Part shown: positions 26,398 to 36,899 of the stretch, one piece after another
Layout of the letters: every line of letters starts with the position of its first letter
How positions within the stretch are numbered: the stretch's first letter is position 1
NCBI GenBank assembly: GCA_964540635.1
Contig: CAZINP010000001.1
Span: forward strand, 93,364 to 157,363
Length of the DNA: 64,000 nucleotides
Origin: an uncultured Gammaproteobacteria bacterium
GTDB lineage: Bacteria > Patescibacteriota > Patescibacteriia > Buchananbacterales > UBA6539
Direction: 5' to 3'
Position numbers and translations under genes: made by a program
Notes under the pieces: model-generated
The model's input: only the letters and a program-made list of their open reading frames with translations
Told to the model about the DNA's origin: nothing
Database searches by the model: none

Positions 26398-29250
26398 TTA
26401 TTGAATGTTGATTTTAAGTGGCGATGTTTTGTAAGTATAACCGTCGTCGTTTGTGATTCTGGCGAATAGGTAGTAGGTTCCGGTTTCGCTCGGACCATTA
26501 AACCACTTCAGGTTTATTTCTGAGTCTGGAAATTGTCTGGCCGTGTTTATAAAATTTTCTTGGCCGGCTTCATTTTGATAAAAAATATCAATTTTAGAAA
26601 CTGCTTCCGGGCTGCTTAATTTGGCCTTAAGTGATATTGGGAAATCTGATTGCTTTAAACTAATTCCATCACTTAAGCCTTCCCAGTTAAAGTTTGCTTG
26701 GATTTGTGGCAGCTTGAAGTTAAGGTCAATGCCGGCAATATTGTTATTATCCAAATCATCATAAGCAATTGCTTCAAAAGTATAATAGCCGGTGGTGATT
26801 GAAGCGTCCGCCAAGGTCACTTGCAGGCTAAAAGGCGCCTCAGTGACCGATTTGAGCAATTGATGGTTTAAATAGTACTCAACCTTTTTTATACCTCGTG
26901 GCGCGCTAACGGAAACGGTGGCAAAGAAGTCTCGGCTTGTGATTAGTTGGTTGGGTTGTGGGCTGGTAATGGTAACCTGTGGTCTGTCCGCGGCGCTATG
27001 GGTATCATCAAATTCCGTGGGTGGCTCTTCAGAAATTATATTGTTTCTGTTGGCCCAATCCAGGACCGCCTCTTCCCAGCGCTGAAATTGAAGACTGGAG
27101 CGATCAGGCGGGGTATCGCCTCTCGGGTCGTCTTTGTCAATGTAGTATAAAATTGAGTGAACCTGGCGGTAAGTTCTCTCCTCAACCAGAGATTCCGGTG
27201 TTAAGTTGGTGGCGAGCTTGCCGCTGATTCTGTCAACTTTAACCTTTACGCCTTCGGCAATTGAACCGTTTAAAACCGGCTTGTCAGTCTCAATTGGGTC
27301 GTAAGGGGTAAATTCTTCAACCGGCATGTCTTTGAGGGCTCCTTGCATAAATTTATTCCAAATTGGGGCAGCCAAGACGCTACCGTCTGCGCCACGCTTC
27401 ATTTCTCTGTTGTCGGCATTGCCCACCCAAACGCCGGCCACTAAATTGGGTGTATAGCCCAAGGTCCAGGCATCATGAAAATCATTGGTGGTACCGGTTT
27501 TGGCGGCCACGGGCCTGTTGGGCAAGGTTAAATAGTTTTTTTCGCCAAAGGTAAATGCTCTGGCGGCATTGTCAGATAAAATACTGGAAACTTGCCTGGC
27601 AATCTGTGTGTCTAAAACTTTCTTTTCGCTTTTTTCATATTTTTCCAAAACATTACCGTCTTTATCGGTTACTTCCAAAATGCCAACCGGTGGATGATAC
27701 TCGCCTTCAGTGGCAAAGACCGAATAAGCGGCCACATGATCAATCATTTTGACTTCGCCGCCGCCCAAAACCAAAGATAGGCCAAATCGGCTCTTGTCTT
27801 TGAATGTGGTATAACCTAAATCATCGGCCAGTTTCAAAACATTATCAACGCCGGTTAAATAAATAGCTTTAACCGCGGGAATGTTTAATGATCCGGCCAG
27901 GGCTTTTCTGATTGATACCGGACCGTTTTCTTTTAGGTTGTAATTTTTAGGTTCGTAGTTTTTACCGTCATAATTTATAAAAACGGTGTTAACGTCATAA
28001 AGTATGGTTTCCGGAGTGTAGCCTTTGATAAATGAAGCGGCATAAACAATTGGTTTAAAAGATGAGCCAGGTTGTCTGGGACTGATGGTAATATTGACCT
28101 GGCCGTCTATATCATCGTTAAAATAGTCGCGAGAGCCAACCATGGCTAAAATTTGGCCGTTTTTTGGGTCTAAGGCTAGAAGCGCGGCATTGGTGGCATC
28201 TGATTTTAAATTTTTTTCTACATATTCTTGTACAGCCTCTTCGGCGGCTTGTTGCTTGTCCCAATCAAGGGTGGTAATAATTTTTAGGCCGCCTTGATCA
28301 ACTGTTTGTTCATCGTATTTTTCCGAGAGGTACTCTTTAATATACATGACAAAATGCGGGGCATAAATTGATTCGGTTTTTTTCTTAAAAACAACTTCTT
28401 CTTCCTTGGCTTTTTGTGCATCCTCTTTGGTGATGTAGCCAAGCTCGGCCATACTGTCTAAAATCCAGGCTTGTCGGGCAAAGAGGCTGTCGGTGTGGCT
28501 GCCATAAGGTGAATAATAAGTAGGGGCTTGCGGCAAGGCGGCCAAAATTGTGCACTCGCTTAAGTTCAAATCTTTAACGCTTTTGCCGAAGTAAGTTTGA
28601 GCGGCCGCCTCAGCACCGTAGGCGACTGAACCGTAAGGAATCTCATTGAAATACATCTGTAAAATTTCATCTTTGCTGAATCTTTTTTCAATTTGATATG
28701 ATAAAATCGCTTCTTTGATTTTTCGGGTGTAGGTTTTTTCCGGAGAGAGAATGGCGCTTTTAACCAATTGTTGTGTTAAGGTTGAGCCGCCAACTTTGCT
28801 ACCCGTTAAGACATTTTTTATCATGGAGCGGATGATGCCGGTAAATGATATGCCCTTGTGTTGATAAAATTCTCGATCCTCGGCAGTTAAGGTCGCATTT
28901 TTGAGATTTGTCGGGATGTCTTCAAGCTTAACAAATGTTCTTTTTTCCGTGCCGTGAATATCATAAAGAAGGTGTTCGCCGGTTCGGTCATATATTTTAC
29001 TTGAAAGGGCCACCGACCTGTCAATGATGCGATTTGGGTCAGGCAGGCTGGCTGCAGCCCAGGCTAATAAGATTACACTAAAAACGCCCAAAACCGCTAT
29101 GCCGGCCAGGCCGACTGTGACCAAGCTTTTGAAGTTCACCTTAAATGGCAATTTAAATTTTTTCTTTTTTTTGAAATATGAGCCCGAATAAGATTTTATA
29201 GGCATATTTTTATTATCAATCTTTTTAATTTTTAATTGAGGAATTGGCAT
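26398..29250 (-). CDS. Class A penicillin-binding protein (transglycosylase/transpeptidase) with a long C-terminal beta-rich extension
   Basis: GT51 motifs (EDxxFxxHxG); SxxK (GSSFKP), SLN and KTGT motifs. Confidence 0.85.
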   Translation of the reverse strand: MPIPQLKIKKIDNKNMPIKSYSGSYFKKKKKFKLPFKVNFKSLVTVGLAGIAVLGVFSVILLAWAAASLPDPNRIIDRSVALSSKIYDRTGEHLLYDIHGTEKRTFVKLEDIPTNLKNATLTAEDREFYQHKGISFTGIIRSMIKNVLTGSKVGGSTLTQQLVKSAILSPEKTYTRKIKEAILSYQIEKRFSKDEILQMYFNEIPYGSVAYGAEAAAQTYFGKSVKDLNLSECTILAALPQAPTYYSPYGSHTDSLFARQAWILDSMAELGYITKEDAQKAKEEEVVFKKKTESIYAPHFVMYIKEYLSEKYDEQTVDQGGLKIITTLDWDKQQAAEEAVQEYVEKNLKSDATNAALLALDPKNGQILAMVGSRDYFNDDIDGQVNITISPRQPGSSFKPIVYAASFIKGYTPETILYDVNTVFINYDGKNYEPKNYNLKENGPVSIRKALAGSLNIPAVKAIYLTGVDNVLKLADDLGYTTFKDKSRFGLSLVLGGGEVKMIDHVAAYSVFATEGEYHPPVGILEVTDKDGNVLEKYEKSEKKVLDTQIARQVSSILSDNAARAFTFGEKNYLTLPNRPVAAKTGTTNDFHDAWTLGYTPNLVAGVWVGNADNREMKRGADGSVLAAPIWNKFMQGALKDMPVEEFTPYDPIETDKPVLNGSIAEGVKVKVDRISGKLATNLTPESLVEERTYRQVHSILYYIDKDDPRGDTPPDRSSLQFQRWEEAVLDWANRNNIISEEPPTEFDDTHSAADRPQVTITSPQPNQLITSRDFFATVSVSAPRGIKKVEYYLNHQLLKSVTEAPFSLQVTLADASITTGYYTFEAIAYDDLDNNNIAGIDLNFKLPQIQANFNWEGLSDGISLKQSDFPISLKAKLSSPEAVSKIDIFYQNEAGQENFINTARQFPDSEINLKWFNGPSETGTYYLFARITNDDGYTYKTSPLKINIQ

Positions 29251-29353
29251 CTGCTTAAAATTTTCTTTTTATACTCTAACATTTTTTGGCTTATTTTTCA
29301 ACCTTTATAATAAAAAACACCTTGGATTGTCCAAGGTGTTTTTGGTGATATTT

Positions 29354-30376
29354 TTAATTTTGTAGCGACTGATTTTTTGCGGCGTAATTTTTTAGGGCCG
29401 GCACTAAGTCTTTGCGGCCTAATAATTCTTGAGTTGAACCAAACTCTTCAACCTCTCGATTAAAATTTTCACCGTCAATGATCAAGGCGATTCTTTTGTT
29501 TTCCGGTAAAGTATATTCAAATGCTTTTCTGATTTCCAAGGTGTTGTTATCTTTGTCAAAAAATGCCAGGCAATTTTTGATTTCATCAACGGTTTCAGCG
29601 CCGACTCGCGTAATGACCTTGTCGTTTGCGCCATCGTTTTTTGGGCAGTCGGCGAGATTAACGGGAGTGATATCCTCAACGCTTCTGATTTGGCGCAGGA
29701 TCTCAAGAGTTTTTATCAGCTGCTCTTCTTGGCCGGCGTGGCGTCGTCTGGCTTTTTCGTATCTATCTTTGAGGTCTGCTTGTCTTTTTGCCAGCTGACG
29801 CATTTTTTCATCAATTGCCAGATCAAGCCTGCCTTCATTTTGGTAAAAAACCATTAAGCTATAATGACTTTTTCCACTTGGCAAGACTTCTTGAGCAATG
29901 GTTAATTCTTCTCTGGTTTCAGCTTCAATGGTTTCTGATGGTTTTTCACCGCAACGTCCGGCTGGTCCGGTCAGGCAGCCCGGGTCGGCTTTTGCGTCTT
30001 CTGAGCGTTTAAGTAGAACTAATTTTGACTCTTGATTTTGTCTAAACCAAACAAAGCTGCCGGCCGAGATTAAAGATAAGCCGCTTTTATTGTCTCTCCT
30101 CAAGTCAGAAACCAATGGTGAGGATGTGCCAAATTCTTCGTTGGCAAATTGGTCAATGGCCGCAGTCGGGTCGCCGGCACCAATTTCAACTTGCCAAACG
30201 CCATTTTCAAATTTTACGTGGCCGGTGATAAAAAATCTATCGTGGCCGGGCCAATCGGCTCGGGGTGGATTTTTTAGGAGTTCGGCAGAATATTCCAAAT
30301 TTTGAGAAAGTTGAATTTCCCTGGTTTCATTTTCCGGCGCCGTTTGACCCATTACTTCAATTGATCTTCTAGACAT
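29354..30376 (-). CDS. Hypothetical cytoplasmic protein
   Basis: 340-aa ORF with host-like codon usage. Confidence 0.45.
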   Translation of the reverse strand: MSRRSIEVMGQTAPENETREIQLSQNLEYSAELLKNPPRADWPGHDRFFITGHVKFENGVWQVEIGAGDPTAAIDQFANEEFGTSSPLVSDLRRDNKSGLSLISAGSFVWFRQNQESKLVLLKRSEDAKADPGCLTGPAGRCGEKPSETIEAETREELTIAQEVLPSGKSHYSLMVFYQNEGRLDLAIDEKMRQLAKRQADLKDRYEKARRRHAGQEEQLIKTLEILRQIRSVEDITPVNLADCPKNDGANDKVITRVGAETVDEIKNCLAFFDKDNNTLEIRKAFEYTLPENKRIALIIDGENFNREVEEFGSTQELLGRKDLVPALKNYAAKNQSLQN

Positions 30377-30423
30377 AAAATTTAGTTATTATTTTGCAAA
30401 ATTTTAACTCCTTTTAAGCGAAA

Positions 30424-30666
30424 TTATTTTGTTTTTGGCTGCCAGCCAAGTTCTGATTGATTTGGACAATCTCCAATATCGCACATGGCAAAGTCACATT
30501 TTTTGCCTGTTTTGTTTTCGCAATCTTCTTGTGAAATATATTTTGGAGCATCAATTTCGTAATTTTCATCAATATTAATTAGATTTGCCTCGGTTTTTGT
30601 TTTTCCTAAAGAGCAGCCGCTAAGCAGTAAGAGAGTGACAACAAGAAAGATGTTGATTTTTTTCAT
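30424..30666 (-). CDS. Small Cys-rich lipoprotein
   Basis: Lipobox LLSGC. Confidence 0.45.
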   Translation of the reverse strand: MKKINIFLVVTLLLLSGCSLGKTKTEANLINIDENYEIDAPKYISQEDCENKTGKKCDFAMCDIGDCPNQSELGWQPKTK

Positions 30667-31163
30667 ATTATTTTTAAAATTTTATTGATAAAGCCCTCTT
30701 TGCATTGTCGGTATTTTTTGCCGTCGCCCCTCGCCTTCTTAACGGCTAGTTTTTTTATTTTTTCGTATTCTTTAATTGCACTTTTGTTTTTTATGAAGTA
30801 ATTTCTGAAATTAATCATCGTTTTCCATTCTGATTTATTATATTCAACCAGGTGAAGATGAACGCGTCTTTTACGGTTTTTGTATGGGTAATCGGCTCTA
30901 AAGAATAATCGTTTTGGATAGCTGGCAATTTCTCTAAATTCCCAACCGCCTAAAATAAGTTTTTCTTTTGCTTTGTTGAATTTGGATTTACTAACGCCAA
31001 CGGCAATGTCAATAATTCCCTTGCCGCCCAAATTGGGGATTGAAGTTGAGCCAACATGCTCTATCTTTGCATTTTTTTTCAGGGCGTTTGCGATTTTTCT
31101 TTTTTCAATTTGAAAAAATTTTTTAAAGTCCGGATTATATCTGTGAAAAACGTATTTATTCAC
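30663..31163 (-). CDS. GrpB-family (UPF0157) nucleotidyltransferase-fold protein
   Basis: IEHVGSTSIPNLGGKGIIDI motif. Confidence 0.55.
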   Translation of the reverse strand: MNKYVFHRYNPDFKKFFQIEKRKIANALKKNAKIEHVGSTSIPNLGGKGIIDIAVGVSKSKFNKAKEKLILGGWEFREIASYPKRLFFRADYPYKNRKRRVHLHLVEYNKSEWKTMINFRNYFIKNKSAIKEYEKIKKLAVKKARGDGKKYRQCKEGFINKILKII

Positions 31164-31932
31164 AAGAGACGTTTCGTTTTATTTTGATATAGCACTTAAA
31201 GTATTGCCAGTGCCAGAGAATATGAAAAATGGAAATTATGGTCATGGCAATGCCGGCTTCAACGTGCCAAAAAAGCATATTAAAGGGCAAGGGAAAGACG
31301 ATTTGGAAATTAATTCTTATTACCAAAAGTATGCCAAGTATGGCGCTAACCAAAAAGCTGGTCAGCAAAGCAAGGTTCCAAATTCGACGATGATTAACAA
31401 GACTGATTTTTTTAATTTTAGAAAGCCAAAGGGTAAAGAGATAAAAAACAATAGTGGCAAGGGCGATTGATCCTAAATGATAATTTTTTTCGGCTGATGT
31501 TGATGTTCTGGCGGCGGTTGGGATCTGGTCTTTTAGGTTTTGGGCAATTTCTTTGGCTTGGCTTGGTTCGAGGCCGTAGTTGTCGTGCAGAGTCTGAAAA
31601 CTATTTCCGGTTTTTATGGTTATCTTATAATAATCAGACAGGGCTTGAGCATATTTGTCCGGATCAATTTGATAAATCTCGGCAACCTCTTTAACGTTTT
31701 TTGTTTTTAGATCTTGGCCGGAAATTAAATCTTCTGCCACGGTTTGGGTGGCGCTGGTTGTTGTTTCTTCGGTTTCTGATAAATCGCAAATGTCATTGCT
31801 GTTTTCGTCAACATAACGGCCGCAATTACCCGGGTATGGATCATTGGTTAAGCCATAAGGGCAAGACTCAAGCGCTAAGGCAGCCAGAGGGAATAAAATA
31901 GTTAAGGTGGTTAGGATGATAATTTTTTTCAT
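31156..31932 (-). CDS. Secreted Cys-rich domain protein with a C-terminal 4-TM region
   Basis: Signal peptide, several Cys residues, then four TM helices. Confidence 0.45.
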   Translation of the reverse strand: MKKIIILTTLTILFPLAALALESCPYGLTNDPYPGNCGRYVDENSNDICDLSETEETTTSATQTVAEDLISGQDLKTKNVKEVAEIYQIDPDKYAQALSDYYKITIKTGNSFQTLHDNYGLEPSQAKEIAQNLKDQIPTAARTSTSAEKNYHLGSIALATIVFYLFTLWLSKIKKISLVNHRRIWNLALLTSFLVSAILGILLVIRINFQIVFPLPFNMLFWHVEAGIAMTIISIFHILWHWQYFKCYIKIKRNVSCE

Positions 31933-32876
31933 TTGGTTTTTCCTCTAAAAAATTTAGCCGCGTCTTCGGGCGCAACCGGGTTAATGATCATGCCTGAGCC
32001 GATTTCCACGCCGGCCCAAACCGAACCGCGGGGAGTTATTTTCATATATAAATGTTGATCCTCGTCTTTTATGACTTGATGGAAGTAATAGTTATAAGGC
32101 AAGCCGAGTTCGCATATTTTTTTAAGAATTTTTTTAAGAGCTTTGGCGAAAGAATCTCTTTCGGCCGGTGTGAGTTGAGTGATATTGTCAATGTGTCTTT
32201 TGGGCATTAACCAAACTTCGTAATTGTGTATGGGCGCCCAAGGGCAAAAACAAACAATATTTTTATCTTGGCAAATTAAACGTGGCGAGTGACTTTCTTT
32301 TTTAATTACATCGCAGTAAACACACGTACCCTTTTTGAGCTTGTAGGCTTGAACCCTTTGTGATTTGTCGCGCAGATGAGGCGGCAGAAATTCGGTGGCA
32401 AAAATTTGGGAATGAGCATGTTTAAGTGAAGCACCGGCCGGACCGCCATCGTTTTTAAAAATTAAAATGTAGTTGATTTTTTTATCTTTGGAAATCGCCT
32501 CGGTTCTTTTGGCGTAAACTTCAAGAATTTCAGCAATGCGTTTGGCGCTTAAATCGTCGGTTTCCAAAAGATGATTTGGCGTTTCAATAACCACTTCTTG
32601 CTGGCCATAAGCTTTTTTATTTTTTGTGCTTACAGCTGGAAATTTGTTGGCAATAACTTTAATGGCCCAAGGTTCATTTTTTTCCTTGCTTTTATTAACC
32701 GTTAAAAGGGCTTTACCGGATTTTTTAACATTTTCAGGGCAAAAGGCGCACTCACTTTTTTTGAGTTGGCTGGGAGGAATTGCCCTTTCAGTATCATGTG
32801 GCCGCTTACCGCGGCGTGGGGCGATAATAACGTATTTTTCTTGAATATAATCTTTTCTAATTTCTGGATTTTTCAT
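31929..32876 (-). CDS. galT: Galactose-1-phosphate uridylyltransferase-like (HIT superfamily)
   Basis: CAFCPEN zinc knuckle and HAHSQI (HxHxQ) motif. Confidence 0.7.
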   Translation of the reverse strand: MKNPEIRKDYIQEKYVIIAPRRGKRPHDTERAIPPSQLKKSECAFCPENVKKSGKALLTVNKSKEKNEPWAIKVIANKFPAVSTKNKKAYGQQEVVIETPNHLLETDDLSAKRIAEILEVYAKRTEAISKDKKINYILIFKNDGGPAGASLKHAHSQIFATEFLPPHLRDKSQRVQAYKLKKGTCVYCDVIKKESHSPRLICQDKNIVCFCPWAPIHNYEVWLMPKRHIDNITQLTPAERDSFAKALKKILKKICELGLPYNYYFHQVIKDEDQHLYMKITPRGSVWAGVEIGSGMIINPVAPEDAAKFFRGKTK

Positions 32877-32887
32877 ATTTATATTTT

Positions 32888-33466
32888 TTATTTTTTAATA
32901 ATCGAAAGTATTTTTTCAGTTGATTCTTTAACTGACGATGAGTTGTCTATTATAATTGGTTTAAATTTCTTATAACCATTTTCGGTTTTATCAAAAAGAC
33001 TGCCTTTGGTTTTTTTCTTTAAGTCATCAGGGTTATTTAAGGCGCGACCCATTAATCTTTCAGCCCTTATTTTTTCCGGAACAGTAATTAAAAAATAATA
33101 GTCTGGTTCTATGATGCCAAGTTTTTTATAAGGTGGTAAATCTTTTATATTGGCACCGCGCAATTGATGATAGACGAGGGTGGAAAAAATATATCGATCG
33201 CAGACAACCCAATTTTTCTTAAGAAGGTTTTTGATTATCTGTGATTTATAAATTGCCGAAGCAATATAAAAATATAAACTAGCGCTAATGGGCGTTTCTG
33301 ATTTAATAAAGGGTTTTATGAGGTTGAAGCCATGGTTTTTATTTTCAATGTCTTCGTAACAAACGGCATTAATTTTTTTTCTTTTCAGTTCTTTGACCAA
33401 ACTTCTACACAATAATGATTTGCCGGAGCCGTCAATGCCTTCAAAAACGATTAATTTATTTTTCAT
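32888..33466 (-). CDS. tmk: Thymidylate kinase
   Basis: P-loop FEGIDGSGKS and DRY motif. Confidence 0.85.
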   Translation of the reverse strand: MKNKLIVFEGIDGSGKSLLCRSLVKELKRKKINAVCYEDIENKNHGFNLIKPFIKSETPISASLYFYIASAIYKSQIIKNLLKKNWVVCDRYIFSTLVYHQLRGANIKDLPPYKKLGIIEPDYYFLITVPEKIRAERLMGRALNNPDDLKKKTKGSLFDKTENGYKKFKPIIIDNSSSVKESTEKILSIIKK

Positions 33467-34479
33467 AACATTTTTAGAATATTTCTAACTCTGGTTAAAA
33501 CCTTTTTATCCTCTTGTCCGGCCGCCACTTCAAATTTATATCTTATTAAACGTCGACAGATTTCTGCAGCCGCTTCTTTTTGAACCACTTCGTCGTTGAC
33601 AATTGAGCGACCAATCATATTTATTCCCATGCTGGTGGCCGAAGAAATGGTTTTTAGTTTTTTGCCGTTTACTGGGAATTTTTTGGCTAATTCATGCAGT
33701 AATTCGTAATTTTCTAAATCACGGTTGTATGATGTGGCCTGGTGGCAGCGTCGATCTTTCATGCAAACGTCATAAAAATCGGCCGAGGCGGCCATAAAGG
33801 CTAAATTAAGAGGATGAGTAATAGGCAAATTATAAACAGGGAATGTTTCAAATTTTATATAGTATGGTGCTTTATTGTTTTTAAGCTCGTGGTAAAGTTG
33901 GCTTAGGCAAACACCAAATTTTCCACTGCCCCCGCCCGGACTTAAAATAACCGTTAATTTTTTTTGAGTGCAAATGAAATTGTTTTTGTCAAAGTCATTA
34001 AAGTCAATATTTTTTTTGGGGTAGTCTTTAATGCTGGCAAAATAATGAACCTTTACCTTTTGCCTTTTTAAATTTTTGGTAAAACGTTTTATCTCCTCGG
34101 GTAAATTTTTTGGATCATCTATTCGAGTAATAACAACATTTTTGACTCTAATCTTGTTTTCTTTGAAAATTTTAAGAACTCGTATTGATTCCCTGTCGTA
34201 GGTAATTTTGTGGTCCCCCCTAACTCTTTTTCTAACAATATCTTTAGCTGAAACAACAAAAACGATTTCGGCCGAACGGCAGATTTTTTTTAAAAGTAAA
34301 AGCTTGGCATTTTCCGGGTAGCCCGGCAAAACCCTGGCAGAATGTTTATCGTCAACAATTTTGCCGCCGAACTCAATGTAAGTTTTTGTTCCGGCGCGAT
34401 CAATTAGGTCTTTAATTCTTTTTGATTGCAATCGTAAATATAAATTGGAATTAAAGCCGATTTTTTGATAATTGGCCAT
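33463..34479 (-). CDS. Hypothetical protein
   Basis: 338-aa ORF translationally coupled to tmk. Confidence 0.4.
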   Translation of the reverse strand: MANYQKIGFNSNLYLRLQSKRIKDLIDRAGTKTYIEFGGKIVDDKHSARVLPGYPENAKLLLLKKICRSAEIVFVVSAKDIVRKRVRGDHKITYDRESIRVLKIFKENKIRVKNVVITRIDDPKNLPEEIKRFTKNLKRQKVKVHYFASIKDYPKKNIDFNDFDKNNFICTQKKLTVILSPGGGSGKFGVCLSQLYHELKNNKAPYYIKFETFPVYNLPITHPLNLAFMAASADFYDVCMKDRRCHQATSYNRDLENYELLHELAKKFPVNGKKLKTISSATSMGINMIGRSIVNDEVVQKEAAAEICRRLIRYKFEVAAGQEDKKVLTRVRNILKML

Positions 34480-34499
34480 TTATTTATATATTAAATTGA

Positions 34500-34976
34500 C
34501 TAATTTGCTCCGCAAACGGCAATGGCTAAGGCATCAGCCGCATCATCCGGCTTAGGTATTTCTTTAAGGTTTAGCACAACCTTGGTCATTTGTTGAATTT
34601 GTTTTTTGTCCGCTTTGCCGTAACCGGTTAAGGCGATTTTGACTTGCAGCGGGGTGTATTCTTTTACGTCCAGGCAATTCTGGCCCGCACAAAGCATGGC
34701 TACGCCGCGCGCTTGCCCTACGGCAATCGCGGTTTTGGCATTATTGCAAAAGAAGAGTTTTTCTACAGCAACACAATCTGGTTTATATTTTTTAAATATT
34801 TTATCCAACTCTTCTTTAATTTGACTCAATCTGACTTCGTCGCTAAGTTTTGATTTGGTTTTAATAGAACCGTAATCAAGTGCTTTGAGTTTATAGCCTT
34901 CTTTTTCAATCACGCCAAAACCCATATCCGCAATTCCCGGGTCAATGCCTAAAATAATTTTTTTAGCTTTTGCCAT
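34500..34976 (-). CDS. ruvC: Crossover junction endodeoxyribonuclease RuvC
   Basis: ILGIDPG...VAVE catalytic motifs. Start placed at MAKAKK. Confidence 0.85.
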   Translation of the reverse strand: MAKAKKIILGIDPGIADMGFGVIEKEGYKLKALDYGSIKTKSKLSDEVRLSQIKEELDKIFKKYKPDCVAVEKLFFCNNAKTAIAVGQARGVAMLCAGQNCLDVKEYTPLQVKIALTGYGKADKKQIQQMTKVVLNLKEIPKPDDAADALAIAVCGAN

Positions 34977-34977
34977 T

Positions 34978-35688
34978 TTAATCTTCCAGGTTGGTATAAT
35001 AATCACTGACGTCATCGTTATCGTCTAATTCAGCGGCCATTTTATCAAGTCTCTCCTGGACTTCTGGTGAAGCTTTCTTTTTCTCTTTGGGCACCATTTC
35101 GTTTTCAGCATAATCAACGGTTAAATTGTTTTGTTCCAGCCAATCTTTGACTTTATTTAAATCATTGGGCTGAGTGTAGATGGTTGTGCCTTCGTCTTCG
35201 CGTACCAAATCCAAAGCGCCGGCATCAATCAATTCCAATTCTTGCCCCTCGTTAATTTGGCCGGTTCTAATTACACCCTTGGCCTCAAAAAGCCAAGCCA
35301 CCGCTCCCGGACCGCCCAAATTTCCGCCGTATTTTGTGAGGATGTGCTTAACATCCGAGCTGGTTCGGTTGCGATTGTCGGTCAGAGCTTCAATCATAAT
35401 AGCGATTCCATCTGGTCCAAAACCTTCATAGGTAATGGTTTCAATTGGTCCGCCGCCCAATTCGCCCGTGCCGCGCTTAATTGCCCTTTCAATGTTTTCT
35501 TTTGGCATGCTTGCGCCCCTGGCCTTATCAATTGCAAGTCTTAAGCGAAAATTTATATCCGGGTTTGACCCGCCTAATTTTGCGGCGATAGTAATGGCGT
35601 TGGCTAGTTTGGTAAACATTGCGCCGCGCTTGGCATCAGCTGCGCCTTTGGCCCTTTTGGTTGTTGCCCATTTACTGTGTCCTGACAT
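34978..35688 (-). CDS. yebC: YebC/PmpR-family transcriptional regulator
   Basis: MSGHSKWATTKRxKxxxDAKRG N-terminus. Confidence 0.9.
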   Translation of the reverse strand: MSGHSKWATTKRAKGAADAKRGAMFTKLANAITIAAKLGGSNPDINFRLRLAIDKARGASMPKENIERAIKRGTGELGGGPIETITYEGFGPDGIAIMIEALTDNRNRTSSDVKHILTKYGGNLGGPGAVAWLFEAKGVIRTGQINEGQELELIDAGALDLVREDEGTTIYTQPNDLNKVKDWLEQNNLTVDYAENEMVPKEKKKASPEVQERLDKMAAELDDNDDVSDYYTNLED

Positions 35689-35819
35689 AAAAAAGATAAA
35701 ATAAAAAATGATTTAACTCTAAATATTTTAACAAATTTTTGTGATTTTTTCAATCTTTTATTTTTTGCTCATAAATATAAAAAATGGTATAATTAGCCTA
35801 TAAATCTTAATAATTTTTT

Positions 35820-36893
35820 ATGCATCAACTTGACGATTTGGCTAAAATTAAGAAGTTGGACGGCGGTAATGTTTTGGATTCAATCCAACTGCTGGATAAA
35901 CAATTAAACCAGGCTTGGTTTGATTTTAAAAAGGTAAAGGTGCCGCTTGCTTTTGCCAAGATTAATAAAATTGTTGTAAATGGCATGGGTGGATCGGCTT
36001 TGGGTAGCGATATTATTAAAAATTTATTTGCCAGCAGTCTAAGGGTGCCGATAATTATTACAAATAGTTATGAAGCTCTGGGCTGTGTTGACGACAAAAC
36101 ATTATTTATTGCTTCTTCTTATTCCGGGACAACCGAGGAAACTTTAAGTGCAATCAAGCAGGCACAGGCAAAGAAAGCAAAAATTTTTGGCATCACTTCC
36201 GGTGGCCCATTGGGCGAAATGATTAGAAAAAATAAAATATCTGGCTTTGTTTTTGATCCAAAATTCAACCCTTCAAACCAACCGCGAATGGGTTTGGGAT
36301 ATTCTCTGGCGGCACAACTGGCCTTGTTTTCCAGATTAAATTTTTTGAAATTTTCCCAAAAAGATGTTGATAGCGCAGCTAAGACAATTGTAAAGTTTAA
36401 TCGACTTTTTGGTGCCAAAGTTCACTTATCTTCAAATTTGGCCAAACAACTATCAGTCTCAATACAAAAAAAAATTCCAGTGATAGTTTCGGCCGAATTT
36501 CTTGGTGGCAATGCCCATGTTTTAGCTAATCAAATAAACGAAAACGCCAAAAATTACGCCAGCTATTATTTAATTCCCGAGATGAACCATCATTTATTGG
36601 AAGGCTTAACTTTTCCCAGAGATAATCAGGGGATTTTGCACTTTTTGTTTTTTGGCAGCCGGCTTTATTCTCAAAAGAATCAAGCGCGTCTTCACATCAC
36701 CAAAGACGTGGTTAATAAAAATAAAATTAAATTTTTCAGTTATGAGTTAACGGCAAAAGATCGAATTTCTCAAGCTTTTGAGATGCTGGTCTTTGGCAGT
36801 TATTTTAGTTTTTATTTGGCAATTTTATATCAACTTAATCCCTCTAAAATTCCCTGGGTTGATTATTTTAAAGCTCAACTGAAAAACTACTAA
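35820..36893 (+). CDS. Bifunctional phosphoglucose/phosphomannose isomerase (SIS domain)
   Basis: VNGMGGSALG and SYSGTTEE SIS motifs. Confidence 0.65.
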   Translation: MHQLDDLAKIKKLDGGNVLDSIQLLDKQLNQAWFDFKKVKVPLAFAKINKIVVNGMGGSALGSDIIKNLFASSLRVPIIITNSYEALGCVDDKTLFIASSYSGTTEETLSAIKQAQAKKAKIFGITSGGPLGEMIRKNKISGFVFDPKFNPSNQPRMGLGYSLAAQLALFSRLNFLKFSQKDVDSAAKTIVKFNRLFGAKVHLSSNLAKQLSVSIQKKIPVIVSAEFLGGNAHVLANQINENAKNYASYYLIPEMNHHLLEGLTFPRDNQGILHFLFFGSRLYSQKNQARLHITKDVVNKNKIKFFSYELTAKDRISQAFEMLVFGSYFSFYLAILYQLNPSKIPWVDYFKAQLKNY

Positions 36894-36899
36894 TTTTTT

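Noticed and set aside
26947-27752. Several 60-80 aa plus-strand ORFs
   Set aside because: They lie inside the PBP1A gene on the opposite strand.
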